From NCBI RefSeq assembly GCF_041146345.1, contig NW_027191415.1, forward strand, positions 186,001-250,000: a stretch of 64,000 nt of DNA, written 5' to 3'. A program made the translations under genes and the position numbers. Source of the DNA: Neodothiora populina. Taxonomy: Eukaryota. The stretch's first letter is position 1. Every line of letters starts with the position of its first letter. Positions 24,272 through 36,039 of the stretch are shown in pieces. Under the pieces are notes generated by a model. The model had not been told where the DNA came from. It made no database searches and saw only the letters and a list, made by a program, of their open reading frames with translations.

Positions 24272-27200
24272 GTGTGCTTTCTTCTTGGTGATTTTGACTG
24301 TGCATCCCACTCCTTCGTTTGACTTTTGGGAAGACCGGTTGGCTTCGATCGTTTGGCTGCGCGGTCAGGGCTGTCACTCATTCTCTTCTCTCTTTTCAAC
24401 ATTCACTATGACATCTCCCGTGACTTCGTAGCCGGCAGTGAGGGTGCTTGGAGTGGTGGATGGGGCTCGCTGTGGTTGGGTTAGGTGCCTTGCATCGAAT
24501 AGTAAGTCTTCTCTTCTCCTCATCACCTGCTCTATTCACCCCTTACTAACATCTTCAGGCAGACATGAGTATTTGGACTTGGAGTGCAGCAACAACAGGC
24601 TTGGGTTTCCTTTGTCGGTGTTGTCCATTGTTTTCTTCTCCTTTTTTCTTTTCATTTTCTTTTCACAATCAGAAAGATATTGGGCAAGATGACCGGTGAA
24701 GACGCTTTGCTGCATTTGTGCAATCCTTTTTGTGGGGAGAAGCAAGCCTCAGTATCCGCGACTCGAGCCTCGTACAAAAAAACTTGTAAACATGGTAACA
24801 AAATTGTGGAGGCAAAAAATGGGTGGTCTCTGGGCAGTAAGGTCCTCGGTTATCGAGCGTTTTTCTTTTGTTGACTTGCCTGTCATTGGGACCCGGGTAT
24901 CACGCCTTGTGGATGTGGCAGCTGAAGCAACGGTATTGGTACCTTGGCAATTTTGGTGGTGGTCTTATAAGTACATAGCTTTGTTCTTTTTTTTTTTGTG
25001 GCAGGATGGGCGATTGGATGGACTCTTACCTGATCTTGCTGCATTCGGAGGGTCATGATGGGTAGGGATATCAAGAGGGAGGATACTCGTCGTATCTTCA
25101 GGGCTCGGTGGGGGCACTTTTCGTGTCTGCTTTGGGCTCTTCTGGGTATGATCTTGGACTTTCGTTGATAAGAGGAGGACGGTCAGCAATGGGATCCACC
25201 TGTACGTTGGTGCTGACTACGAACCTTCCACACTCGATTGTGGGAGAGCCGAGTGATCCTTGTATGTATTTAGATAGTTATTTCACTGATTATTCGTCTA
25301 ATTGATTTTGTTTCATGGATCATTTCCACCCTTGGGCGCCACTTTTGACAAGTCAATGTTTGAACACGTCTATATACTATAGCGAAGCTAGATCAGTTGA
25401 TCGAGAACAACAGCTTGAATAGAGCTCCTCCATTGCAGAACCACGTGCATCACTTCATATGAAAATATCAGAGTATTCGACTAATTCGATATTCGAGGTC
25501 CCGCGACAAAGATAAGGATATCACAAACTCGTGACCGCCTTCTTTCACGCGGAATAGCGACGCGACACATATAGATTATTCGGCCGAACTACGCTGGTAG
25601 AGACTGCGCCCCGAGGGCCAAGTACTCGTCCGGACGCAGAGGTTTGTGTCTGGAGGCTTGCTTTCGCCGGGTCGGGTATGTATCGTAAAGCAAAGTATTT
25701 TCATCACGCGGGGCATGTATCGCGGAGGAGCATTCTTATCGTAGAGCAGAGTATGGATATGGTATGGAGACTCGAGAGACGGCTCTATGGATGGCTGGAA
25801 TTCATGGCTGCCTTTATTTCGCCGAGTGAGTGCGCAAGATCTTGCCTTTGGCTTATACAAGAGGTGAGATTTGTGGACTAGGATTACATGAGTGCAAGAG
25901 AATTATAGATAATTCGTTCCAGATGGAGATCGAAGAGATAGATCTACGGATGGCTGGAAGCGAATGCTTTTCTTTGTTTTGGCGAGTTCGAAGGGTGTCC
26001 GGTCTGACTCCTTGGAGGGGTGACGATCGTAGGTAAGAAGGCCCTGAGAGATTGTGGGCTGTAGATGAAATTTTTCAGAGGTCAGTACTATGGCAAGTAC
26101 GAATGACGAGGCGTGAAACGGCGTGGACATGGGGCAGAGCGATGGTAGGCTACTTGGTTGAGCAACCTATTCATACGCTTCAGTGAGCTATGAGTACGAC
26201 ACAGTGATCATCTTCTAGCTGCATTTGAGAATCTATCAACATAGAGAAGATCCGTGAGATATACCGCAGCAAAGCTACAGCGTTGTGTTTAACTAGCTGG
26301 CACAACCCAGCTTCAGATTCGGTTTATGACGCATCTGAAACCCGCCTGGTCCACCTGGACTCGACAAATCGCAGCACCGAAACCTGCTATACCTGAGCCC
26401 TGAATTGTCGTGTGGTCTGTGCCTTGTTCCCAGGTTACCCCTATTTCGAGGACTACCACGCACACTAGAATTCCTATAGAGCAGCATTGTGATGAGGAAT
26501 TCCACGGTTCTGTTTTTTTGGTGGTATATAGAATGATTGAAAGGGCCGCTTCTGGAACTGAACGAGTTTGGTACGGCAATGTAAGCGCTGTGTGTTGGGA
26601 AGACAGCACAAAGTGGATAATGTGTGTATGGATCGTTGCGTGAGCGAACATCCACTTGGCCATGATGTGGCAGTATCTGCAGGTGGACACGATCATGAAG
26701 CAATGATATAGAAGACCAATGTGTCTTCAAGGTCGTAACTACTCGGACACAAGTGACTACAATTCTGGGACCACAGTATATGTCCGCTTTGCCTTGCACA
26801 GCAGTCTCCAGCATAACCCGAACAAGATAGATTGTGGAATCACCGGGTTCATTAGTTGTATACATATTACTATTCCTGTTCAAGTATAGTGCCGAGGAGC
26901 CATTGACTGCTATATCATCTGTAGCTTGACTACGTAAGGTTCTGCTTGTCCTGGACACGATACAGCACAGAGTCGTGATATTCTTCCCACCCATGTTCAA
27001 TGTTCTTGTGACTATGAGCCTCCCTCAATATATGTGTAATGAGTCGTCGTCGTCGTTGTTGTTGCTATCGACTCGAGCTATACATATCCGAATATAACGA
27101 TATCAACGCAATAAGGTATGCTTCCGACATACATGACATGACGTCGAATTTTCTGGACATGATTCTTGCCAAAAGTAGACCTAGCACAATATAGAGCCGC

Positions 27201-28049
27201 TTATGTATACATGCTCGCACTACGTGTAGTAAATGTAAGAGTGTTACCAGAGACTCACTTCAACAATTCTGAAACTCCATCGTCATCAGACCTCGGCAGC
27301 TGCTCTCACTGTATTCACACCCCCAAAGAGGCACAGCGCTATGAGTCTTCCAATTCCTCGACCTCGCCGTCGCTAACCCTTTTACTCGCGGCATGTCGGC
27401 AATAGGCATACCGCTGAACCACATACCGCTCATACCCATCACATCACCTGTGGACCGAGGTTCTCCAGTTTGGAAAGCAATGTCGGCAAGAAGTCAAAAA
27501 AGCAGCTGCTTCATCACAAGTAAAATGTAGACATACCTGGGCGTCGGGCTTTTCCTGTCTTTCTCTCTCACACATTACTCACGAATTATTTTCTACGCGG
27601 CCAAGGTACGTTAGCCACTCTGGCATGTCAATGTCGACCTGCTCTACAATCTACACTGCACTGTCAATGTCCTCTTACCTCTCCATCCTCACTGTCACTG
27701 TCTCTGTCGCTGTCGCTGCTGTTGTTGTTGTCGCTCGCGTCTTCACACAGCTTCACGGATCGTTGACTACCTCCACCTCAAGCTCTTGCACCTTCACCTA
27801 CACATCTTACGCTCTCATCACTCCTGCCCTCTCTCCTGCAGTACCATACCTACTCGTACCCCCATAACATGTCATAACATCGTTGACACCAACATCACTG
27901 ACTCGGACATACAGATTGGCAGCAACATCAGCATCATTACCATCGACGACAACACGATCAACAAGATCGAGGAAAGTGTAAATTCATTGATCTCTCATCC
28001 CCGTCTCATTATCACATCACGTCCATTTCGTATTCCTATCACTAGCACT

Positions 28050-28490
28050 TCATTTCCCCATCACGTCCCAGCCCATCCACATCGCAAGGGTCTGCCTAGC
28101 CTTGCCTGTAGGCTGTTCGTTCCAGTATTCTTCCAAATCCTCGATGGTCTCGTTGTCCTTCGGGTGTCTTCCCTGTTCGTCGAAGACACGCCAGTACGAT
28201 TCAGGGATGCCGGTGACCTGAGTAAAGGTGCCCTTGCTGATGATGTAGTCTGCCTGTTTCTTGAAGACTGACTTGCTGACGATGTTGTGTCCCCCCGTGA
28301 ATGGTTTCTCCTCAGATTCAAACTTAAGGCGACTAGGGTGGCCGCGAATGCCTGACTGAACTAAGCCGTTCGCCATCAGACCCACAATCGCGTCGAAGAA
28401 CACAGCCCAATCCCTGCGTATGGTGTTGTCGCTTGCGGCGTGCATCCAACATGCCTTCTCGTTGTCCTCCCCGCTGCCCCCCTCCCCCAT
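28050..28490 (-). CDS. Possible hypothetical protein or gene fragment
   Basis: 146-aa ORF of globular-protein-like composition; no family recognised. Confidence 0.3.
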   Translation of the reverse strand: MGEGGSGEDNEKACWMHAASDNTIRRDWAVFFDAIVGLMANGLVQSGIRGHPSRLKFESEEKPFTGGHNIVSKSVFKKQADYIISKGTFTQVTGIPESYWRVFDEQGRHPKDNETIEDLEEYWNEQPTGKARQTLAMWMGWDVMGK

Positions 28491-28957
28491 TCTATGACCA
28501 GGATGTCTACGACCTCATATCCATGTATACGGCGTCATCTGTATACTCGAGATCCATTGGCGGGACTCCGGTCCCACAACAACCTCACGATGTTGACCGA
28601 TCGGTCAGGAAGATGGCCAAGGCCGCCAAAGGAGTTTGTAAACAGCTATACAGGAAATTATGTAGCAAGTTGGGAAGGAAGGGTCGCGGAGGTACAGGAG
28701 ACTCTTGGTTGAGGTGGTTGCGAGTGTGGCATGAGCAGGATCAGGTGAGTGGTAGAGATTCTGTTGTTCTTTCTTTTCTTTCATTTGTTTTGGGTTTCTT
28801 TCTTTTTCTTCCCTACCTACATTACTCTCGAACCCATGTCTCTCTTGTCCCTACGTCACTCTCCTCCCTGTGCATCCTCCTTCTCTGTCGTACTTTTTTC
28901 CCTGTATCACTCTGCCCTATGCACGTTGCTTCTCTACATCACTCCCTGCCCTATCCT

Positions 28958-29061
28958 TCTTCCCTATGCCTCTTCCCTATGCCTCTTCCCTATGCCTCTT
29001 CCCTATGCCTCTTCCCTATGCCTCTTCCCTATGCCTCTTCCCTATGCCTCTTCCCTATGCC
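28958..29061. repeat. Perfect 13-bp tandem repeat (TCTTCCCTATGCC) x8
   Basis: Eight identical units counted. Confidence 0.95.
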
Positions 29062-30248
29062 TCTCTGAGCCCTATGTACCTCTGTCGACCTATCATTCTC
29101 TCTCACCCTAGGGTTCCTCTTTGGCGTTGGTGTTGGTGACCATTTGATTTTGGGTTTCCTTTTCTTCGTTGACATTCTACTTCCTACACATTCTCATCAG
29201 CGATTCTTTTCCCGCCACCACCTCTGAATACAGGCGTGACAAGGTGTTTGTATGGTCAGCGTACTTTGCTGTCTCTATAGTTTGACGAGACTGGGGCTAT
29301 AGTGGAGGATAACATTCGTGTATATTGGATCGCGAGCAGGGACCCGTGCTGGAACGACTTTCATGTACATGTGGAGAGCAGAGGAGCAGGGACTGGTGTA
29401 GACTTTTCATTTTCTTTTCATTCTTACATTCATATATATATTTCCTTTTCGAGACAGATGAGGGATAGTGGATGGAAACATAGTCTTTTGACCCCCAATA
29501 CTTGGAGAGCAGAGGGACAGTGGAGGAGAGACACTCTTTTCCACAGACTTGATTCACACAAGCACACACTCTTTTCATTGACGATTCAGTCATTCCCATG
29601 ACATAGAGCAGAGGGTCAGTGGTGGAAAGACAGTCGTTTCTTGCAAACCGAGATGTGACGCAGACAAGAGCAAGGGTCTGGCAAGAGGAGGACCGGCCAG
29701 CGCTTTGAGAGATCCACCTGTTCGTCGGTGCTGGCTACGAACCTCTTTACTTTGTTGTGAGAGAGCCAAGAGATTTCCCTGTTTCTGTAGTTTATATTTG
29801 TTTAGCGCAACTTGAAATCAAGAGGAAAGAGTTGTATGGTCGGGTGGATGCAAGTCCCACTTGATGGTGTTCAATTCATTTGGTATCGTTCTGATTTTAA
29901 TCCTAGTTGATGAGCCCCCCTCGGTTCCTATTTCCCTTTTTTGCTCAACGGTTGTAAAAAACGAAAGGCGCTGCTCTCTGGCGCTTTCTGTTTCTTGTCT
30001 ATTTTACCGAAAAAAGAAGAATATATGACGCTTCCTTGTCAATCTCATCTTCTCAAACACACAAGCCCTTTGCACGACTATTGAGGTAAGAAACACAAAG
30101 CGATGATGCCGATTCTTTTTCCGCACCTCAGTCATACCACCACATGAACTCCAGCCAGAAGAACTCCGAAATACGCCCAATGCCAATGCCATATTCCCAG
30201 ATGTCAATGCATCTCTTCTAGTCAGAAAGCGAAAAAAGAGCAGAAAAA

Positions 30249-31101
30249 TCAAACGAGCAAGACGGCGTTGACGCATCCGTCGTTCTCGCAGTTGTTTGTG
30301 ATCTGGGCCCATCTGCCCCAGACGACTTTGCCGCCGGCGGTCACGAGGCCGAGTTCGGAGACGTTGACTTCGATGATGGTGCCCTTTGTCAGGACGCCGA
30401 GCTGGGTGTACCTTTGTGGGGACAAGATGTCAGTGCTGGGGTGTTTAAGAGAAGAGGGAGGTGAGAGAAGAGACTTACATGGGGTTCTGGGGGTTCTTCT
30501 TGACGGAAATGATGGGCAGCTGCACAGTGACGCCGAGCTCGGGATGTGTCACGTTGGCCTTCTTGTAGCGCAGACCCATGGGCCTGATGAAGCGCTCGTA
30601 CTTGACAGGTCTTCTCGTAAAGTCCGGGCCGACGAAGGTAGGCTTGGTGATCATTCTCTTCCAGCTCTTCTTGGCCGTCTTCTTTCCCGTCTTGACGACC
30701 TTGAACATCTCCTCCTCGGAGATACCTCTGACTTTAGGCAGGGGCACGGAGAACTTGGCGGCCTTCTCGTTACGCTTGTTCTTGATGGCCGAGGACAGAG
30801 CCTTTGCATTCTGCTCCTGCGAGCGGTCGAGCAGGTAGGCAGGCAGAGGGGTGTTGGAGGGCTCGGCGGGCTCGTTGCTCCTGACGTTGCGCTCCTCGTG
30901 GGCCTTGATCTGCTTCTTCATCTGGATCTTCTCCTTGTGGCGTTTTTGTTGGTACAGCTTGGCTCTCAGGCCGCGCAGGTTCTGTGCATTCTTGCTCTGT
31001 TCATGGCCTTCACGGGCGATTCTCTTGCGCTTGCGCTCTTCGTGGTCGAAGCGGCGGCCGTGCTGCTTGGTGAAGCGCTCCATGTACTCATTCTGAGGCA
31101 T
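30249..31101 (-). CDS. NSA2: Ribosome biogenesis protein Nsa2; intron 30412-30478
   Basis: [23 protein letters not shown]-terminus; [23 protein letters not shown]; exon 2 [32 protein letters not shown]. Confidence 0.97.
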
Positions 31102-31439
31102 GCTGGGCGGTTGATGGCGGGTGGAGGACCCGGGGTTTTGGTTGGTTTTTGTATTGGTGTTGTTTGCGGTGAAGAAAGAGTGGCTGGGTGATTGACCTCG
31201 TCTCTCTTGTTTCGTTGTTCGAGGGAAAAAAGCGGTCGAGGCAGGCGGCGAAAGTTTCAGAAGTCCCAAAGCGGGAGGTGAAGTCTTGGCAGAGTTCAGA
31301 GGAGAGTCGGGGCTTGGCACCGACAACGACCGACTTTCTTCCATTCAATCAATGTAATCATCCAAAAGTCTCGGAGATTCCGCTGGACCACTGCTGTACT
31401 GCTGTGCTGCTGTACTGCTGGACATTTATTGCATCCACA

Positions 31440-32333
31440 ATGGCTTCGCTACTCTCCCGTCACATCAAGCGCGCCTGCCTCGACAAGTCATGGACGCTGC
31501 CGCCCACCTTCCTGCTGCCCTTTGCCGCCAATCTCAGCACCGTCTCGCACACGACAGACGCATCCAATGCCCCCGACGTCCTCGTCAACTCGGCCACCAA
31601 GACTTCTCCTGACACGACCACGACCACGACCAGGGTCAAGACCACATCACCACTGTCATCGCATTCGCCATCATCGTCATCATCACCAGCATCACCAGCA
31701 TCACCATCATCACCGTCGCCGCTTCCCACACCCTCACAGACCGCTCCTGTCCTCGGCCCGAGCGTCAGAGAACTCCTACCAGCACTCCGCGCTCAAGGCC
31801 CGCACTACATCACCGCGCATATCTACGACCGTCCATACCTCGTCACCGCCGGCGACACAGTGCGTCTGCCATTCCTGATGCAGGGCGTCAACCCGGGCGA
31901 CATTCTCCGCCTGAACCGCGCCACCTCGATCGGTTCCCGCGACTTCACCCTCAAGGCCGCCGCATCAACCCCCAACTCGCGCAGCCCCACCGCCAGCACC
32001 ACTCTGGTCATCGATCCCACCCCCGGCAGCTTCTTGGCTAGCCACAGCAGAGTCATGCCCGGCGACAAGCCCTCTGCGAGTCTGGGCGCCGACGGAGTTG
32101 AGGTCGACCACTTTGTGCCGCATCAGGCCAAAGGCAAGACCACTTATCTGGATGATCGATTGTTCGTCTGCCGCGCCGTCGTCATGGGCGTCGAGGCCGA
32201 GCCCATGAGGATCAAGGAGAAGACCAAGCGCAGACAGCGCAGGACAAAGACTGTCAAGTCCAAGCACAGGTATACCGTTCTGAGGATCCAGCAGGTCGAC
32301 ATCAAGAGCGCAGACGAGACTGAGAGCAACTAG
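31440..32333 (+). CDS. MRPL49: Mitochondrial ribosomal protein bL21m
   Basis: HIYDRPYLVTAGDTVRLPF, LRLNRATSIGSRDFTLK, EPMRIKEKTKRRQRRTKTVKSKHRYTVLRI; presequence-like basic/hydroxylated N-terminus. Confidence 0.9.
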   Translation: MASLLSRHIKRACLDKSWTLPPTFLLPFAANLSTVSHTTDASNAPDVLVNSATKTSPDTTTTTTRVKTTSPLSSHSPSSSSSPASPASPSSPSPLPTPSQTAPVLGPSVRELLPALRAQGPHYITAHIYDRPYLVTAGDTVRLPFLMQGVNPGDILRLNRATSIGSRDFTLKAAASTPNSRSPTASTTLVIDPTPGSFLASHSRVMPGDKPSASLGADGVEVDHFVPHQAKGKTTYLDDRLFVCRAVVMGVEAEPMRIKEKTKRRQRRTKTVKSKHRYTVLRIQQVDIKSADETESN

Positions 32334-32877
32334 CTTTTCTTTGCTGTTTGCTCTTTGTCAGCGTAGTGGTGGTCTACCTTGCGCTATTTCCATCTCAAGT
32401 GCCGAGCTGGCTTTTTCATGCATAGACGCCTCTGAGAGGAGGGGGGCTGTATCATTATTCATGTACTATTCTTTTTCCCCCGCTGCTTTGATCTGCCTTC
32501 ATGGGATCCACAATCCCCAATGTCTGTATGCCTCCTGGACTTTTCATCAACTATGAAGATACAAAGACCATGAAGAAAGATCCCGCTTGTCTTCCTTACT
32601 ATCACTCTGACTACTGTGACTTGGCTGGGTCTTGGAATCCATGACCTCATGGCTGTCACTCGTATGTACCACTGGAAGCGTGCATCAGAACAAGACCACA
32701 GCATGCATGGCATCTGACACATGAAAAATGACATGAAAATGGAAACAATTTCACGGATCACATTGCATTGCAGATTAATCAGGGTTCTCCTTGGAAACCA
32801 GTGGCCGAACAATTGTCGAATTCGGCTCAGAATAATTATGCTTAAGTTAACCATCGATTATCGTAGGCTCAGTGCTA

Positions 32878-33648
32878 AGCTTGGCAACCTGAGGTTGGTC
32901 CCACCTACCTTTGGTGCGCTTTAGACCATACTGCAACCTTCTACAGTAATCAACCATTCTACGTCGCGTTACTTATTATATTCAATTGAATTGACCTTAT
33001 ATCATTGATAAAATGGATCAACGCGAAGTCATGTTGCAAGCGGCCCTTCAAGAGCTTCAAAATCACCCTGAAAAATCAATCAAAGGCACTGCACGAGAAT
33101 ATGGCATATCCGCAACAACCCTTCGTCGTCGTCGCGACGGAGGCATTAATCAACGTACTGCTCAAGAGCCTACACAAAGGCTTGTTCCTATTCAAGAAGA
33201 ATTCCTCGTCAATTGGATATTACAGCAAGATTTGCAAGGTTGTGCCCCCTCTCCGAAGCGTGTTCGCGATATGGCTACACATATCCTTCGTTTACATAAC
33301 GACAACAAACCTTTAGGGGTTAATTGGCTCCCTAAGTTCGTAAAGCGTAATCCAAGGATTGCCTCTGTAATCGGACGTAAAACCGAGGCCGCGCGAATTC
33401 ATGGAACCTCGCAAGAAGCTATACAATTGAATATGAGGCCTCTAAGGCCTTGAAGGTAGCGAAGCAACCTAATTTAGATGCTCAAAAAGCTGCAGAAGCC
33501 CTTAAAAATATATCCATAGAGGCATGCCTCCATGGATGGCAATTGAGTTGAATTTCATCCATTGAATATTCCAATATTTCATCCAAAGGTTGCAGTATGG
33601 CCCAAGGCGCACCAAAGGTAGGTGGGACCAACTTCAGGTTGCCAAGCT
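32878..33648 (+). mobile_element. Non-autonomous Fot1/pogo-type (Tc1/mariner superfamily) DNA transposon, internal deletion derivative, 771 bp
   Basis: 63-bp TIRs at 32878-32940 and 33586-33648 (4 mismatches); TA on both sides (32876-77, 33649-50); encloses the transposase N-terminus and a C-terminal tail but no DDE domain. Confidence 0.92.
33013..33453 (+). pseudogene. Truncated pogo/Fot1 transposase (HTH_psq + CENP-B/Tc5 HTH only)
   Basis: SIKGTAREYGISATTLRRR; QRLVPIQEEFLVNWILQQDLQG; LGVNWLPKFVKRNP; the frame breaks after EAARIHGTSQEAI. Confidence 0.88.
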
Positions 33649-34868
33649 TACACTATCGTCTGTCTACCTTTTGTAATTGTCTTTCCGCTGCTCGATTCAA
33701 CACAGGATCATATTACTTTTACCTACCTTTTCTATGTCCCTCCTCACAGGTCGGCTGTCACAGGACAGCAGAGAACAACCCCCAGACGTCGTCATTGTCG
33801 TCCTCTTTACCTTTTCCTTCTCCATCATCATCATTATCGTCGTCGTCGATGTTCTGTTCCTCCGCTCCGTCCTGACCCAGTCCGAACCGAGAAGCGCACG
33901 GGCTCGCTTCCTCCGTCTGCTACCGCCTGCCCGCCCTCTGACCTCATACCTTTGGTTCACCTACCTGAAACTATCACCTTCAGCTATACTGCTCCGCACA
34001 ATAGGTTATAGAAAAGACGAACTGACGATGAACCAAAAAGACGCAGTATGTAACTGATAAAACAGTCAAGCGCTGAGAAGAATAAAACCAGTGGTCGCTA
34101 TGCCATGTGTACCTGTCTGCTTTCAAGGTAAGTTGCCTCAGGTATCTCGAGGTAGCGGTGTATATATCCGGCTCCTCACATGCTCCGAAAAAAACGGCCA
34201 AAGCGCCACCACCCCATCTCTGTATCCCATCCCAACCCAACCCTCAGCGCGCATGCATCGTTGCCTTGCGAAACCAGGCTCTCGTGCATTACTTGACTAC
34301 AACAAGATGCTGCAGCGCCGATGTGGCTTGTCGTGGTGCCATGCCTACCGGCCGCACCGTATGCGTTCTTGCAAGGAACAATGCAGCCCGAATCGCAATA
34401 CTGTGGGATCTGTCGTTTCGGTTCGCGCGCCATGCTACCTTGCTGCGATCCCAGTCCCAGTGTTCCGTTTCTTGTACCTGCGTAAGGCAAGGTATGAGAT
34501 CATTCCTTCCGGAGGATTATTGAAATCTAGATTGCTTTAGGTAGGCTTTTTTCTTCTTCTCTTGCGTCTCGGTTGCTGCTATCCGCAGAGGCCGCGCGCG
34601 CGGGCGAGCGAGCTAGTTACCTAGAGTCACCAGTTGACGAGGTGAGTAAGGCAAGGTACTTTTTGTCGTGTACTGTATATATCAGACGAGGCGCCGTCCT
34701 GCCATTCATCTCAACCATTTAACGAATTGCTTTTCGCTTGCTTGTTATATACCCAACCACCTATCTGCTCAGCTTCCAATCCCTGCACTCAATCGTCCAT
34801 ATACATATCCACTGCTTCGACCGCTCTTCTCTACCCATAATCCAATCCTCACACAAAACCCAACCAAA

Positions 34869-35450
34869 ATGAAGTTCTCCCTCAGCGCCACCATCCTGCT
34901 CCTCACATCAAGCGCAAGCGTAGCCCTCGCGCAAAACACAACCGCTCTACCCTTCGCAGCATGTCTCCTGCCCTGCGACACCGCAGCTCTGGCGAAAGTA
35001 GGCTGCAGCGCAACAGACAACCTCTGCCACTGCGAACACGCCGCCGAGACGTTTTCCTTTCTTGTTCCCTGCGTGCTGAATAACTCCACCTGCGGCACCG
35101 CGACCCTGTCCGATCTCTCCAGTACGTCCTGCAACCATTCTCTTTGCGGTGACAGTGTATCTAACAGCAGACCAGGCTTCGGCGCATTCGCAGCCTCGAC
35201 CTGCGTGCCCTACAACATCACCGTTCCGAGCATAGAGTCTTACTTCCCAAACAACTCTACCGTTGCTCCCCCCGGCTCAAACTCGACTGTTATCCCTGGA
35301 TCGAACTCCACCGGTGGCGGTGTGTCAAACACGACCGGCGGCGTGGGCCCTAAGCCTACGGTTTACGAGGGCGCCGCGGCGGGCAAGGGCGATGCGCGCG
35401 CTTGGGCGGTCGTTGCGCTCGCGGCTGGTGGTTTCGCCTTGGCTTTGTAA
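34869..35450 (+). CDS. Secreted CFEM-domain protein, probably GPI-anchored; intron 35122-35175
   Basis: Signal peptide MKFSLSATILLL..ALA; Cys pattern ACLLPC..GCSATDNLCHC..PCV..C..C; N-glycosylation-rich S/T/G linker; hydrophobic C-terminus. Confidence 0.85.
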   Translation: MKFSLSATILLLTSSASVALAQNTTALPFAACLLPCDTAALAKVGCSATDNLCHCEHAAETFSFLVPCVLNNSTCGTATLSDLSSTSCNHSLCGDSVSNSRPGFGAFAASTCVPYNITVPSIESYFPNNSTVAPPGSNSTVIPGSNSTGGGVSNTTGGVGPKPTVYEGAAAGKGDARAWAVVALAAGGFALAL

Positions 35451-36039
35451 TGTTCTTCTCTGTTGGAATGTGAAAGTCATGGTAGGGCAGAGCAACGATC
35501 TCACGACGCCGAGGCCACATCCGGGAGGGCTCATGTCATGTTCATGTATCACGTACCTTTTTCTCTCTTTCACGCGGGCCAAAATACGGGTCGCTTACGT
35601 ATGTTTTCTGGTCTTTGCAACTGCTTGTTGTGTGTACAGGTGTAGACTAGACCAGACATTCCAATAATAATAATTAATTTTGCTTCCAGGGCTTTTGGAG
35701 GACTTGTGTTTTTGTTTCTATTTTCCTTCTCGTGGTTCCTACAGTAGACTGTCCCTGAATGCATCGTCAATAGTAAACAAGCACTGTACATCTCACTTCT
35801 ATTGTTACAGAGATTCTTATCCGTCTATAAGGTATCGTGCATACACCCTCCCCTTCGGACTCCATTCCCAGACCCCTGATCACCCCTTCTATAGCACATG
35901 GGATCTCGACTCGTACAATCCCCCCATCACCGCCGAACACTCCGCATCATCCAACACGAGCCCCATCTCCCACCCCTCTCAGATAGCCCAAAAGAAGCAA
36001 AAAAAAAAAAAGAGAGAAAACTCAAAGCAAAAGAACCCC

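Noticed and set aside
25320..25353. TIR-like segment CATTTCCACCCTTGGGCGCCACTTTTGACAAGT
   Set aside because: I found no inverted partner or transposase remnant in the window
26293..27000. 235-aa minus-strand ORF
   Set aside because: No recognisable domain or supporting gene structure; cannot be supported without a search
28433..29139. Plus-strand ORFs with PYASSLCLFPMPL repeats
   Set aside because: These are translations of the 13-bp minisatellite
29373..29640. CRISPR-like repeat-spacer appearance
   Set aside because: Eukaryotic context, degenerate repeats, irregular spacing and no cas genes
30268..31191. 307-aa plus-strand ORF
   Set aside because: Antisense shadow of NSA2
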